Below, one piece after another: positions 28,101 to 40,700 of a stretch of 64,000 nucleotides of DNA (its first letter is position 1; each line of letters begins with the position of its first letter). The stretch comes from Tubiluchus corallicola (taxonomy: Eukaryota; Animalia; Priapulida): assembly GCA_030141605.1 (NCBI GenBank), contig JAQGDQ010000429.1:1-64000 (forward strand), written 5' to 3'. The translations under genes and the position numbers were made by a program. The notes under the pieces are model-generated. The model saw only the letters and a program-made list of their open reading frames with translations, was not told where the DNA came from and searched no databases.

Positions 28101-31100
28101 ACGTCTAAAACAAAACAAAAAATAGCACATCATAAACAAGAATGATAAATCTTAAATTACGTGCAAGCAATTTAGCAAAGTTCATACAAATAATAACCTG
28201 AACCAGCATTCGTGACATAACGAAACTCATTTATAAGCCACATTTTCCCAAATTTCCTCATGTTCAGGTGCTACTTTAAATACTGTGACTTTTTTTGATT
28301 TTATTAATCTATTTGAATTTTAAAGCAAACTCCGTGTCATGCAAAAGTAGTCAGCTCATTCATTCAATTTACATAATACAATACAAAACCAATCAGATGG
28401 CCATCTACTTAATGAATGACACGGAAATCTGTTAGTTCCCTAACAGAATTACAGATCGCTGCTTTTTCGAAAATAAGATTTTTTAACATTAAACCAAAAT
28501 CCAGCTGCTGGTCAGGGTCCTATTCTGATGGCTTCATGATGTTTTCTTCAAATTTGTTTGTGACTTGATATTGCAGATTTTGTTGTTTTCTGTACTGTCT
28601 TAAGTTAACACGAACATGTCATCACCATTTGTATTTATGCGTAAAATAGAATTGTAGCAAAAATTTGCCACTATGTCAAATATCATAAAAGAAAAAACAA
28701 GAACTTTCCCAAATTAGCTGGTAGCCAATAATAATACTAATTAATTATAACTGTGACTGCCAGAACTTTTATAAACCATTGCGGTTTATTTTACCAATTA
28801 CTACCCATTGAGCTGCTGGATTGTGAGCTACACGGCCTGCTCTGTCATGTAGAGCATGTGAGTACTAATCCCAGGTTTTGGGTTCAAATCCTGAATAACC
28901 ACCCATTTTCAGCGTCTCCTTTCTCCAACTCATTACTCGCAATGGGTAAAAATTGGTAAAATAAACCGCAATGGTTTATAAAAACTCTGGCAATCATGGT
29001 CATAAGTAATTAATTCAAAATCAACGAATTTGGAAAATTATGCTACGAAATCTTATAGCAAACGACTTGCATTTGCAAAATGGGTTTGCTGTACAGACAA
29101 TTACATGCTCCATGTTCACAAAATAAACGTCTTAGTTAGAGAATCACTGTAAAAATGTAGCTAAAATCACTAGCTAAATTTATCTTACTGTCACGAGAGG
29201 AGCTGTTGACGGGCGAGAATGTCTCATTATGTTGTCCTCCAGAGCTCTTATCCATCTTTCCCTCTCATCGCCATCTCGTGCTAGAAGACAATGCCAAAAA
29301 TCAGTGTTCAGTTTCACTTCTAAACAACTAACTAAGAGCAAGTAATTAATCATTATAATCTACGTTAAGATTATTATTAATGATCAGGCAAAACCCACAA
29401 TTAATTAAGTTGTGATACTTAATTTGAAAGACAGGAAATGTGAAAACGTTGGAATACAGATTCGATTCCCCATATTATCAAGGATTGAACGTAATTTTTA
29501 CCTTTCCTGTCATTCAAGTTTGGTATTAGAATTCAATTGTTGTTTTGTATACCATCATTAATAAGAGCATGCGTCTTCCAATTTATCACATTTTTATCAC
29601 AAAATGACAAAACTTCATGCATCACATCACATCCTGTTTATAATCTAAAATCAATAGATACGATTTGTTTTTGTCAATACTAAATTTTTTGAATCACAAA
29701 TGTCTTGCATGAATTCTCTTGCGTGGCAATCCTGAAGGCTCATTTTTGCAAACAACAGAATGGCTGTTTGTAGTTAAATGATCAACAACAAAAAATTATT
29801 TCTTAAAGGTATATTTGCCAATGTGTATGAAAACACATTTTACAGATGACAAGTTCGAATGGTTTCTACATTTTATCAAAAGCCAAAAAATTTTCTTACA
29901 AATTACTGTGCACAAAATTTCATCTCATGCCTTTATCGCAGCTACACTATTGAAACCTTCTTAGATCTGCACCAGTGCACCTTTCAAATTATGATCATGA
30001 AATCACCAATTTAATAATATAATCTAAAATATTTTAAAAATTTTGTCTAAAACTGTTTTTCTCTTGTAAATCTATAACTGCACCATTATTCCTAAATGCT
30101 ACTTCATGTGCTCTATAGAAAACAACAGAAAAACAGTTTGCAACACATAACAGAAGAACCCAAAGGATAAATTTGATTTTTTCGCACTAGCTGCCAATTT
30201 TATATAATTTTCTTTCTAAAAGTAATGTTTGTAGTTAGAATTCTTAACAAACAAGTAATCAATCTACTTGCACACTACTTTTATGCCACATTTCATTACA
30301 CTTTTGCAGTGTAAAATATTTAAATGATACATGATTCACTTCTGAAGTCACAATGTACAAATAGAATTATACTACCTTAAAAGTACAATAATACCTTGGA
30401 AGTGAAATGTTTTCTGATCACATGTTAAGGTAAACGTTGAGTCATCTTCATCGTCAATTCCAATTACCGCAGTCTTGAAACATACACACAAACATAAACT
30501 TTATTTGAATTTCTCCAGAATAAAATCGCTCCTACAGCTGGCAATAGTGGAAGTGAAATAGTGACAACAGCTGCTTAGTTAGCATTTAAATCTGTGGCTT
30601 CCTATTTCCAAGTTGGATACTCTTCCCAACTAAGTCACCTTTCAGTGATACATGACACAACATTCACGAATTCACATGAAAAGCTATGACTCACATATGG
30701 CCCAAGGTCAACCTGTGCCTGAACTTATATGACTCACAACATGCTTTACTACATGTGAACAGTTTTAAAGGAAAAATTGAGTAATATTTTTGACAAAAAT
30801 TGACAGTACCCTGCATTTCTTTAGCTGATGAACAACATCATTGGTAGGGAAACAGGTACTCAAAATGGGAGTGCCAAAGTGTGAAATGACTGCAATTTAA
30901 AAGTTATTTTACTAATTACATGAGGCACTCATCACACTTTTATTACTAAATCTTTCTAACATTTTTGCAAACAGTGAAATAAACCCAATTTCACAGAAGG
31001 CTTGGCCTTTTCTTTAAAGGGAAGAAATTAAAGAAGATTTTGTTTATGCCTATCAAAAGTGTCTGAAGGATGTATCTGAATGTATTAATATCCTTTGCTG

Positions 31101-31505
31101 ACATGATAAAGCACTTAGGATTAGGAATGTTCTCAGTTAGTATGTCTTTGATGTGTAGAACAATTTTTGAATGCTGCTTTTACCTTTAATCTTACACAGC
31201 CTCTTCTTGATCCCCTCATCATCTTATCTTTCGACTGAAAAAAAACAAACTTTAATGTCCGTTACTTAACATTTCATGGGCTTTTTACACATGTATGAGA
31301 AACAAACTATTCTGTCTGTTGTATCTTTTAACTGAAACTGTGTTGGATTCTTAAAACAGAAACTTTTTTGGGGGGGTAAACTAAAATGCCGTACCGTGTA
31401 ATAAGATAATAATCCAGTGCTCCCGTCTAGAACAAACCACCGATACTGCCAACCTTTCATAACGTTAGTCCATTTGCTCAAAGGCCCTTCCATGGTGGTT
31501 GCCAT
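13117..31505 (-). CDS. OSBPL9: Oxysterol-binding protein-related protein 9 (PH domain, FFAT motif, ORD)
   Basis: 22 in-phase exons: 31505-31395, 31234-31184, 30473-30395, 29280-29189, 28104-28006, 26732-26655, 26558-26508, 25591-25504, 25063-24977, 23949(or 23970)-23914, 23464-23278, 22756-22632, 22140-22111, 21326-21164, 20536-20368, 19174-19081, 18515-18341, 17123-17027, 16673-16551, 15623-15532, 14641-14506, 13212-13117. Motifs: [68 protein letters not shown]. Middle linker exons are less certain. Confidence 0.95.
15217..15372. mobile_element. Short TIR element with internal CCCTAA repeats (copy 2, most intact)
   Basis: TIR agattacaattccccgcaca / tgtgtggggaattgtaaact around ccctaa-type hexamers. 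Confidence 0.82.
21637..21806. mobile_element. Short TIR element with internal TTAGGG-like repeats (copy 3)
   Basis: agtttacaattccctacacac ... tgtgtgggaact around ttaggg/ttagga/ttaggc hexamers. Confidence 0.78.
22875..23215 (-). mobile_element. Two tandem diverged tRNA-derived SINE-like copies
   Basis: ~22875-22995 and ~23083-23215 share caatactaaat..gtctgaaaa..tggga.t..aacccaa..ct; minus strand gives a B-box-like gggttcaactccc. No intact cloverleaf. Confidence 0.45.
27519..27626. mobile_element. Tc1/mariner-type MITE end, family D (second copy at 45175-45296)
   Basis: ggaacgtatctcaattc...gaacgcattagcg..ttaag.gaga..tt.ctgta present at both loci; ends in CTG-TA. Confidence 0.7.
28741..29013. 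mobile_element. Foldback element, ~70-bp inverted arms around a tRNA-like core
   Basis: Arm tttataaaccattgcggtttattttaccaatt..acccattg pairs with caatgggt..aattggtaaaataaaccgcaatggtttataaa; core contains gggttcaaatcc. Confidence 0.8.
30766..31018. mobile_element. TTAA-flanked MITE, family C (also 37052-37450 inverted and ~8600-8763 partial)
   Basis: Shared taattacatgagg..ctcatcaca..tt.att.ct.aa.ctttctaacattttt block and ttaaagga..../cctttt.tttaa ends. Confidence 0.65.
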
Positions 31506-31715
31506 CTTCAACAATGACGTCAGATTTCAGGTTCTAAAAATTTGGCCAATCACTGTAAAGATTACAAAAACGTCATCCAATCAATTTAAGCGGCGCTTTC
31601 AAAAGAATGGCCGACAGAAGAAAATATGCTGAAAGTAATTAAACGAAGTTTTATTTTGTTTCTTTGGTGGATGTCGTGAACTGAAGAAAATTATTGCACT
31701 GTGATTTTATGCATA
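31506..31715. promoter_or_regulatory. Compact bidirectional promoter between OSBPL9 and DEPDC1
   Basis: ATGs at 31505(-) and 31716(+). TGACGTCA 31515-31522; CCAAT 31546-31550 and 31577-31581; GCGGCGC 31590-31596 beside TTCAAA 31598-31603; YY1-like AAGATGGC over the OSBPL9 ATG. Confidence 0.75.
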
Positions 31716-34700
31716 ATGTCTGACAATGGTATTTTGCGAGTGGAACCAACTGGCCCTTACAGAGCTACCAAATTGGTAACAACTTATTTGTTTATATTTT
31801 TTCTTAACGTCCACTGTGTACTGCAGTCACGTAGTGTAGTGTATGTTGTTATTACTAACTTGTTCTGTGGCCTGGTAGGTGAATACCGTAGCATAATCAT
31901 TACTTCGGTAAGTAGGAAATGCCAAATTTTGTTGCTGGCAAAACAACTTCCGCAAAATTAACCTTTTGTACGACGTTCTTTACCAATCAGTTGAATATAA
32001 CCATTCATTGCCGTCTTCTTTACCATTCCCTAAGCTCTTATTTTCCCATCAATCTGAATGAATAAACTGTAACATAACAACTTATTAATCAGCTTCCGAA
32101 AAAGTGCCCATTTTCATGATATAGGTCTCAGCATTGTAAGTACATTGTTATCTTTTATAATATTATAAGATTTTGTATAATAAGGAAATTATTTACTCTT
32201 CCTTATATTTAAACTATATTAAAATTAAATTTAAAATATATGAGTGAGGCTGGGTCATCAATTTATTTCGAAGATAAAAACACTTTCTTAAACTTTTAAA
32301 TGAAATTAGAGGTTCCTTTACTACTGAAAAGGATGCACAGAAAACTTGTCGACAGGAGTCCTGAAACATTTTTAACAGGTTAAAAAGGACTTTGCATGCT
32401 ACTGTATTTATAAGACAAATCAACCGGTTTTTGGTTAGAAAGGTAAGACTATTTGGTTTTCAAAAACACAAATAGGAAATTGTTTAATTTTTGTTTTTTT
32501 GTGGTTTGCTTGGCTCGACACTTCCATAATTAAATTATCACATTGTTTATCAACCATTGATATTGAATGTCACTATGTTGTCTTTACTAAGCTGAAATTG
32601 AAGTTCTGCTCTAAACTTTTATGACGCTTTAGTAGTTCTAGCTTCTAAATGATCTGAAGAATCACAGTGTTAAATCCTCTTCTCTTACTCATTACTGCTG
32701 TGCCTTTTTTACATGGAAGTGGCCAGTGGATTTGAAGAATCTTAGCATTAAAATCTGCTTCCTTCACTCATTGTGCCCTTTTTATGCAGAAGCGGCTGGT
32801 TGAGGCTAAAGTGCATCCCTTGTATGGAGAAGTGTTGCAGTACCTTGATGTCCTGTTGATGATTAGAGATTTAACAATATAATGCAGTTTTGTTTCATTT
32901 GCTGTGCTGGTATAAATTATTGTATAACTATAAATGCGTGACTGCGTAAACATTTAAATTACATGTATAAAGTATAATTGCAGTGTTAAGCAGATACCGC
33001 AAATAAGTACTTTAAATTTACTTAGGATTAATTAAGATATTTCTTTGTAACTGCAGGGAATTAGACAGTTTACTAATGCATAATGTAAAAACATCATATC
33101 ACCTTTATGTTTTTGTTTACATTTATAAATATTTTTAGTGTGCATACATATTAAACAATGGAAAAAATTAATGGAATGAATCACGTGATTCACTGGAGTA
33201 AATACTCTCATCCCATTGTCAATGTGTTTAAATTAAAATTTGTCTTAACTACTTATACGCCAGCATTTAAAAGCATGTGAAGAAAAAATTTAACTTTCCC
33301 ATTAAAACTTATATTACGTTAGCTTTCTTAAAAGTATATTTCTACATTTTACCTGTCTTCTATTTGTTAATTATATTTGAGAATTTGTTCATTTTACTGT
33401 GTATAATTCAAAAGTAACAGTTCCTAAGGTCACACAGTCTGTAATTAAACATTTGTGAAGGGTAACTTTGAAACAAGAATTCGTGGAATTTTAGCATACT
33501 TCTGCGATTTTTTAACTTTAAAACATGCCATTGAAACCCTTTCAAATGCAGGAAATGTGTGGGTTCCCTGATGCGGGGGAGGGGAGGGAGTACAATCCCA
33601 TGGACCTTAAAGCTGTTTACATGCCCACCCCTGTAGACATGCCAGCTTTTAAATTTAGTTAAAAAAGCAATTAAGAAAGAAAAGAAGGAGGTAAAGAAAA
33701 GAAAAGTAGAACAAGAAAAAAATGAAAAAAATAATGACACAGATGAAAGGTTAAAAAGGCAACAAGAAGAAGTAAAAGAAAAAAATGAAGAAAAATGATA
33801 GAAAAGAAATGGTGAAGGAAGAGAAACAGTTAAGAAGAAGCAAGAAAGAAAGCATGAAAAAGAAGTAGAGTGGAAGTAAGAAAAGAAAGAAAAGGAAATT
33901 TAGTCAAAAATAGTGACCCAAAGAATAAGAGGAACAAAAAAACAGGTAGCAAAAGCTTCTACTCTTGCCTCACCATTCTTTTTCTGGGGATCAACTGCAA
34001 CTGTTACATTGCACCCTCAGGCTGTACGAACTGATCCAACCGTTAGCCTGGAATGCATTTGCTTTAATGTATCAACTGATTCACTTTACACAGAGCCATT
34101 GACAAGTCATTGCTGTCATAAATGTAATCAAAAGATATCATTAGATACATAGCGTTTATGGAGCCTATTGACAGAGGTTGTGTAATTATGTTATGTACGT
34201 ACACAAGACTGTTAACATAGTTCTTGTGTGAACTGTTTGTCTCAGGAGGAACAATAAAAGGTCATTAGGTGTTTGAATTTGAAACGACACTTAAGCTTGC
34301 AAATGAATCTGCAATTTGTTACTTATTAGTTGCTTTAGCTGAACGCTATTTTACTGTTTGCTTTAAACGTTTGTGCGCGGCTTAGCGCAGTCTGCTAGAG
34401 CTGAATTCAAATGCAAGTTCAGTTGCAGACTGGATTGTAATGTCATGTTTGGGTTTATAACATTGTGCATTTACAAGTGACTTGTCTCAAACATCAGTCA
34501 TGACGCGTGTGGAAAGGAAGTTGTCTAAAGAAAAAATATTTTGGATTCAAACAGTGTTAAGCCTTAGGCTTATTGTGAGTGTTTGATATTTATATTTGAG
34601 TTAATTATCTTTTCCTTTTTCTTTCTCCATTCTCACTGTTTTTCTTTTGTTTTATTCCTTTACCTTTGAACTAAAACATGTTTATTTGTCTTTGTGTTCA

Positions 34701-37700
34701 TTTTCTTTTCTCTTCTTTCCCATTCCCCTCTCCTTCTTTCTTCTCCTTTTCTACTTTCTTTTCCTTTCCCTATTGTGTCCATTTCGTTCCTATTCTCACA
34801 GGTATGTTTCTTTCATTCTTCCTCTTTAACAGAGAAAGACATAATGCCCTTGATAGTGTCAAAGATTATAATATTGAGACTATGAAAGCATTCCGTCTTT
34901 CTCTAATTATGACGAGTCTCGGATGAACTCTTTCGTATTTCAAGTCACATTCTTCCTCTTCTCCAACAGTATAATTTTCTTTGTTTTTTCTTGTTCGTTT
35001 CTTCTCATTTCTTCCACTTCCTTTTTCCTTCCTTTCATAATGGTTTTTTCTTTACTTTTTTCTTTGCATCGTCATCACCATCCAAGTTTCATTCTTTTCA
35101 TTATGCTAGAGATATATTTTTATTTCTTCTACTGAGATTTCTGCATTGAATATCTTTCTGCTCCCTTACACAGACAAATGCTGCTATCTTGTTACTTTTG
35201 CTGTAAAAATGTTTGCAAAATTTTGCATAAATAAGTACTTTAATTGCTACTTTTCACTATTTTATAGTGCCCCCCCCCACTAGCAAAAAAATTACCAAAA
35301 ATGCTGGACATTTGTAATGGCTTAACTTTATCCACAATGTAGTATATGCATGGTACAATGTAGTATATGTATAGCTTCGTATATTAACTAATTTGTTTTT
35401 TAGTGGAATGATGTGTTACGGAGTTTCCGGGCGGGAATGCCAACCAAGCGGCATCGTCGTTTCATGCGTAATTATGATAACTGCTTCACTCCGCTGGAAG
35501 CTGTTACATGGCTTCACTTGCACCTACAGGAAAACCCAATATTTGGACGAAATGTTACGAGGTATGTTAGGTCAATGAAGCTCTGCAATAAGTATATTTA
35601 AACGTCTACTTTATCACCTTTCCTTTGTTACTGGAACCCAGTAATGAGCTGACTGAAGAGTAGTTCTGATGAATTCAATTCTTTTTATAAGTAAATTTGG
35701 GACAAATCTAATTCTACTAGGGGCTTAAAGCTGATGAATAGCGTGTTGCTAGCTAGCTTAAAGCTGTTTCCACTACTAGCGCTTTTACTATGTAGTTCTA
35801 TTTGCAAAAAGTAACCACATAGTTTATTACATTCTACACGTATAGTTTCATTAGTTTACTGGCTAAGCAAAAGAGTCCATAAAATGTTTGTATAAAAGGT
35901 AGAATTACATCTGTCTAAATTGAGTATCTATTTACTGTACTTAGTGTTAAGGTAAGGTAATATCTGTATTTGCTTAGTACAAAATTGACAATACTTAAAG
36001 CAAAATCTTAAACTGCTGGTCAAAACAATCTACTCTTTAAAATATTAAAAGGAATCATACAATTTTTTCTAAAATGACTTATGTGAAAGAATTATTGAAA
36101 CACAAACACAATTTCACGTTCGACCCACTAGTTCTTCGCTGTTACATGCATTTCGCCATTCACTAATTAGACGGGCACTAGCGCCTGCATTTTGGAAACA
36201 CATTGCGCAAAAAACGGTTGCTGTTCTTCTCAGATCAGATGTGTTAGTTTGTGATGAACCACTCATGCATGAGCACAACGGTAGATTTGAAATTTGAATT
36301 TTTATCTTAAAACTTGCCTAGTTTTAGTACAACACACTGAATATCTTACAATTTTCGCTTTCGCACACACGTTTGTGGAATATCTTTGCATTGTTAATTT
36401 GTGATGTCATTTGCTCGCCCGCTGTTAAGTTATCAATGTATTACATAATTATCAGAAATGCTTTTGCAGTGTTAATTTTGTTAAAATGTATACTTTTATC
36501 GGACTTGAAAATGGGGTAGTATATAAAAAAATCATCCTGTCTTCTTTTAATTTCCCTAATAGATTATTTTATTTATTTTGTCTTTTATTTATTGTGTGTA
36601 ACTGATTGTAATAATTACAAGTGATAAGTTTGTTGTTACATTACATTTTTGTAATAATTACACTTATGATTATTTGTAATTTGTGATTTGATAACTTTAT
36701 AATGGAACATAAAGATTGCTATATTACTGCCATAGTGCCTCAGTTAGAATTGCTGCAATATGTTAATTTATTTTAAGACCTTGAGAAGCTGTAAACCCTT
36801 TATCATTGTACTAATCTAGTAAAGTAAAGTAAAGTGTTAAATACACTAACGTACTTGTAATATAACCGTATTTTAAATTTTAATGCTGAGATGACTGAAA
36901 ATGAAAATGTTTTTGTCATATTTGCAGACAGCAAGTGACTCAGCTGTTGGAAAAATTTCTAAAGGCTGGAGTTTTTCAAGATATTAGAGGCTCAAAATAC
37001 AACAAAGATTTTAGTGACAACGGACATTTATACAGGTATTCTGTTTGAAATTTAAAAGAAAGGCCAACCTTCTGAAAAGTTGGGCTTATTTCAATATCCA
37101 TGAAAAATGTCAGAAAGACTTGGTATTAAAAGTGCGATAAGCACCTTGTGTAATTACTAAAATAATTTTAAAGTTGCTGTCATGCTCAGGCACTCTCATT
37201 TTGAATGCCCATTTTTCCACCAATGACGTTTTGACTTCGAGTGAAGAAAGCAGTGCACTGTCAATTTCTATTAAAACTATAATAAATTTTTACTGAAAAT
37301 TAGCCAGCTAAGTGTGTGATATTTTTTTGTGAATTTTAGGTAAGCTGCAGAAATTTGAATTAGTTTAAGCAGCACATTTATAGTTTTCTAATTCTAAGTG
37401 ATATCAGTAAAATAAACCCAACATGCTAAATGACATGTCCTTTCCTTTAAAAATGCAGAGCAACTTTCTGTGTGTTTTAAAATTACAGAGATTTTTAACT
37501 GTTACAGCGAGAACATTTACATCTTTTTATTTACTTTTGAGAACTTGTTTGGTTTTCTTAGGTTTGTCAGTTCTTCACCCATGACAAGTCTTGCACCGAG
37601 AACCCCACTACGGGTGTGCAGCACTAACATTCCTCCGCCAGGTCCTCGAATCGACTACAGTCACAAGAAGATGAAGCCTGTTACATGTTTGCCAGCCGAC

Positions 37701-40700
37701 GGTCTACCGGAATGCCGCCTGATGGCCAAACCGTTAACTCCTGGCGAAGTGGAATTGATTTGGAAAGAAGTAACCCTGTCAAAGTATGTTTTATGTTTTT
37801 AGGGTAATGTTTTTCTTGTAAAATTACACAACTTTGACAAGAAAATAGAGCTCTACTGTTTTGGTTTTGTGTCATCTGCTTCATTTGGTTTGTGCAAACA
37901 TTTGTGGGGAAAGTACACAGGAATGTTTTGATATGATGGCTCACCTTGGTCGACCATTATTTTCAGCATCTGTAATTATCTGTTTGCCTGCCTATTCACT
38001 CTATTTCTCTGCTGATCCAATTGGTATGAGGTCTAATTGTTCAGTAAAAATTTGGTTGCTTTGGTGACCACAGTCACCTAGCCAGGACAGAAAACTTGCA
38101 AAATGGATAACTTTCTGGCTTCAAATTCGATTACCTTCAAAACTGGTGAGCTAATGAAGATTAAATTCAGTAATGTGGTACCTTGATTAATTTAATCAAG
38201 TCTAAAAGTTGTCTTAACCACAGTTTGGAAGTTTTGTCTGTCTGGGCATCTGTCAACAGTCCGAGTCATTGAACCATTATCTACCAGCCTTCTTGTTTCT
38301 TTGTTTGTTAACTTACTAGTCAGCACATTGATCATTGTATGCTCTGTTATGTGTGAGACAGTTAGTTTTGAATTTAACCTAATGCTGTCTCAAAGCATTA
38401 ACAGTTTGCTAAATGCTTATCTTATGCAGGGTTTAAGGTTTGCAAAATGGCGTCTTTGTGTTTGTGAGTTTCGGGCGCGTAATACTTCTGTCGTTTGGTA
38501 AAAAATACTGATTGTTTTAAGTTTTGAAAAAATGTTTTAGGTTATGTTCAATCCTGGGCTTGAGAACTTTGAGTGAACTAACTGAAGTTGAAGAGGTGAA
38601 AGCAGAACACATTGTGCACAACCTGACACATGTTAATAAACAGGGTATTGTCACTAACATTCAGCCAGATGGTATGTATAAGGTGTTCTTCGGTATTCTA
38701 TTCATCATTATTATTTAGTGCGAAAGGCGACATTGATAACAGTGATAACATTAATATTCTTAACAGCACATGTACATACAAAATTACCACAACAACAACA
38801 ACAGCAGCAGCAGCAACAACCAACAGTGACAATGATAACAACAGCCACCAACAATGACACAGTAACAAAGTGTTACTTTGTATTGAGAAATATACTGAAA
38901 ATAAAGAGGTTGATCACCTTCACAATGTTGAGATTGAGATTTTAGTTAGAGATTTTTGATGTTATTCGTTAAACCCTTAAGGATATAATTCATTATTCCA
39001 GCATTAGCTCGGCGGTAATCATTTTATGTGCTGTTTAGGTGTTAATGTAAGTTAGTTTTGTAATTAATATACCTGTATTGGGTCTTACGGCACTCTGAGA
39101 CTAGCGAGTTTTCTCACTGACACCAAACTTGCAAGTGTGAAAGTTCTGCTTTGCTAGTTAATGTTGACAAGTCATTGCAAACTCTCAAACAGTTGCTGCA
39201 AATTGATGCTGTATATCTGAACATGCTTGCGAGTTACTTGACGAGCTACTGCGAGGTTAACTGGCCAGAAAACTCGCTAGTCTGAATGCGCCTTTAGCTG
39301 AATACACAGCAAAGGATAGGTTTTTAGCAGAATTTTTCAGAAATTATGGATTGTGTTAAGGTTCGTAATGTTATTTGAATGTAATTTTAGATGATCTGCC
39401 TCACTGGGTTTTGTCCGCAATGCGTTGTCTGGCTAACTGGCCACAGTCAACAACCATGGGATTACCAAATTATCCTGGTTTTGAGAAAGACGTATTTGAG
39501 TTGCTTCGAGACTATATTTCACAACAGGATGGTCCACTGATTCCATCTAACCTGTACACACTGTTCACAAGCTCTTTAGGTATTTGTTGCTTTGGTTTTG
39601 GCCATAAAAGATAAAATAAAAGCATTGCAGCATGGAGGCTAAGGTAATCTGAAACTGGAGCCAAGTTCTTTAATTTTGTATGATTTTCTTCGTAATTTGT
39701 GCATGTGAATGTGCTTAACACTACGCATGGATTCCTTAAGCAAGGATTAGTCATACTAATAGAAATTACTTAAATCCTACATTAATTACTTAATGTTCGT
39801 CTTTTTTTACTATTTTAGTTTGTTCTTGTTTTTAAATACTCAGATTGGCAGTGAAAAGTAAAAATTTTCATAAATAATGCTAAAATTGCATCAGTTTTGC
39901 ATCACATTTGAGATTTTAAATGATCGTGGTTGATAATTACATTTGCACCTAAGACAACAAGATTCATTTTTCAACTTTATCAGCCTTTGTTCTATGTAAC
40001 GCTTACTAAAAGACTGCAGCTTTGTTTTGAAAACACCAATAAGGTATAAAACTTGCTTATTTTCTACTAACTTTACTTTGATTAACTTGTTTTGCTGTTA
40101 GCTGAAATGGTGTTGTTTTAGTATTCAACTCAATAACCTTTGCGTGTATGTTGCATGTGATGGTCTAACTGCTTTTCTAGTGATGGCTGAATGGATAGAC
40201 TATAGACAAAGAGGCTCCACAGATAACAGCATGGTTAGTGAACGTTCCTCGTCTAACAATAATCTAATACCATCATTAGAGTCGGTGGAAAACCTCATGT
40301 ACAACATGACTTGCTACAACAAGAACAACCCATGGGGGCGGAGTTTGAGTATGATGTCACTGAAGCCAGACGAAACTAGTTTGAGTAGGATGTCCATAGA
40401 TAGTTATTCCAGGTGCAGTCGACCTGACATTCAGCCGTATTCTAACATAAACACGGAAAATGGTGGTAAATCAATTTTCACAAGATCAATGTCTCTGACC
40501 ATTCAGAACCCTGAAACTTATGCGGAAGCACGGTCAAAAATTTTAGAGAAGAGACATGGCCCGTTATGGCAACATAATAGGAAGTCGTTTGCTTTACTTC
40601 CACGTGACGGATGTGTGAATTCTTACGATCCACCTTCCTGTAACATTGACTGTGATGAGAAAAAATCAAAAGTGTCGCAAGCGGACACTACTAAACCTGT

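Noticed and set aside
33660-35110. Facing purine-rich (33660-33900) and pyrimidine-rich (34610-35110) tracts and their F/S/L-rich ORFs
   Set aside because: Low-complexity intronic sequence; no clear alignment as a true inverted repeat.
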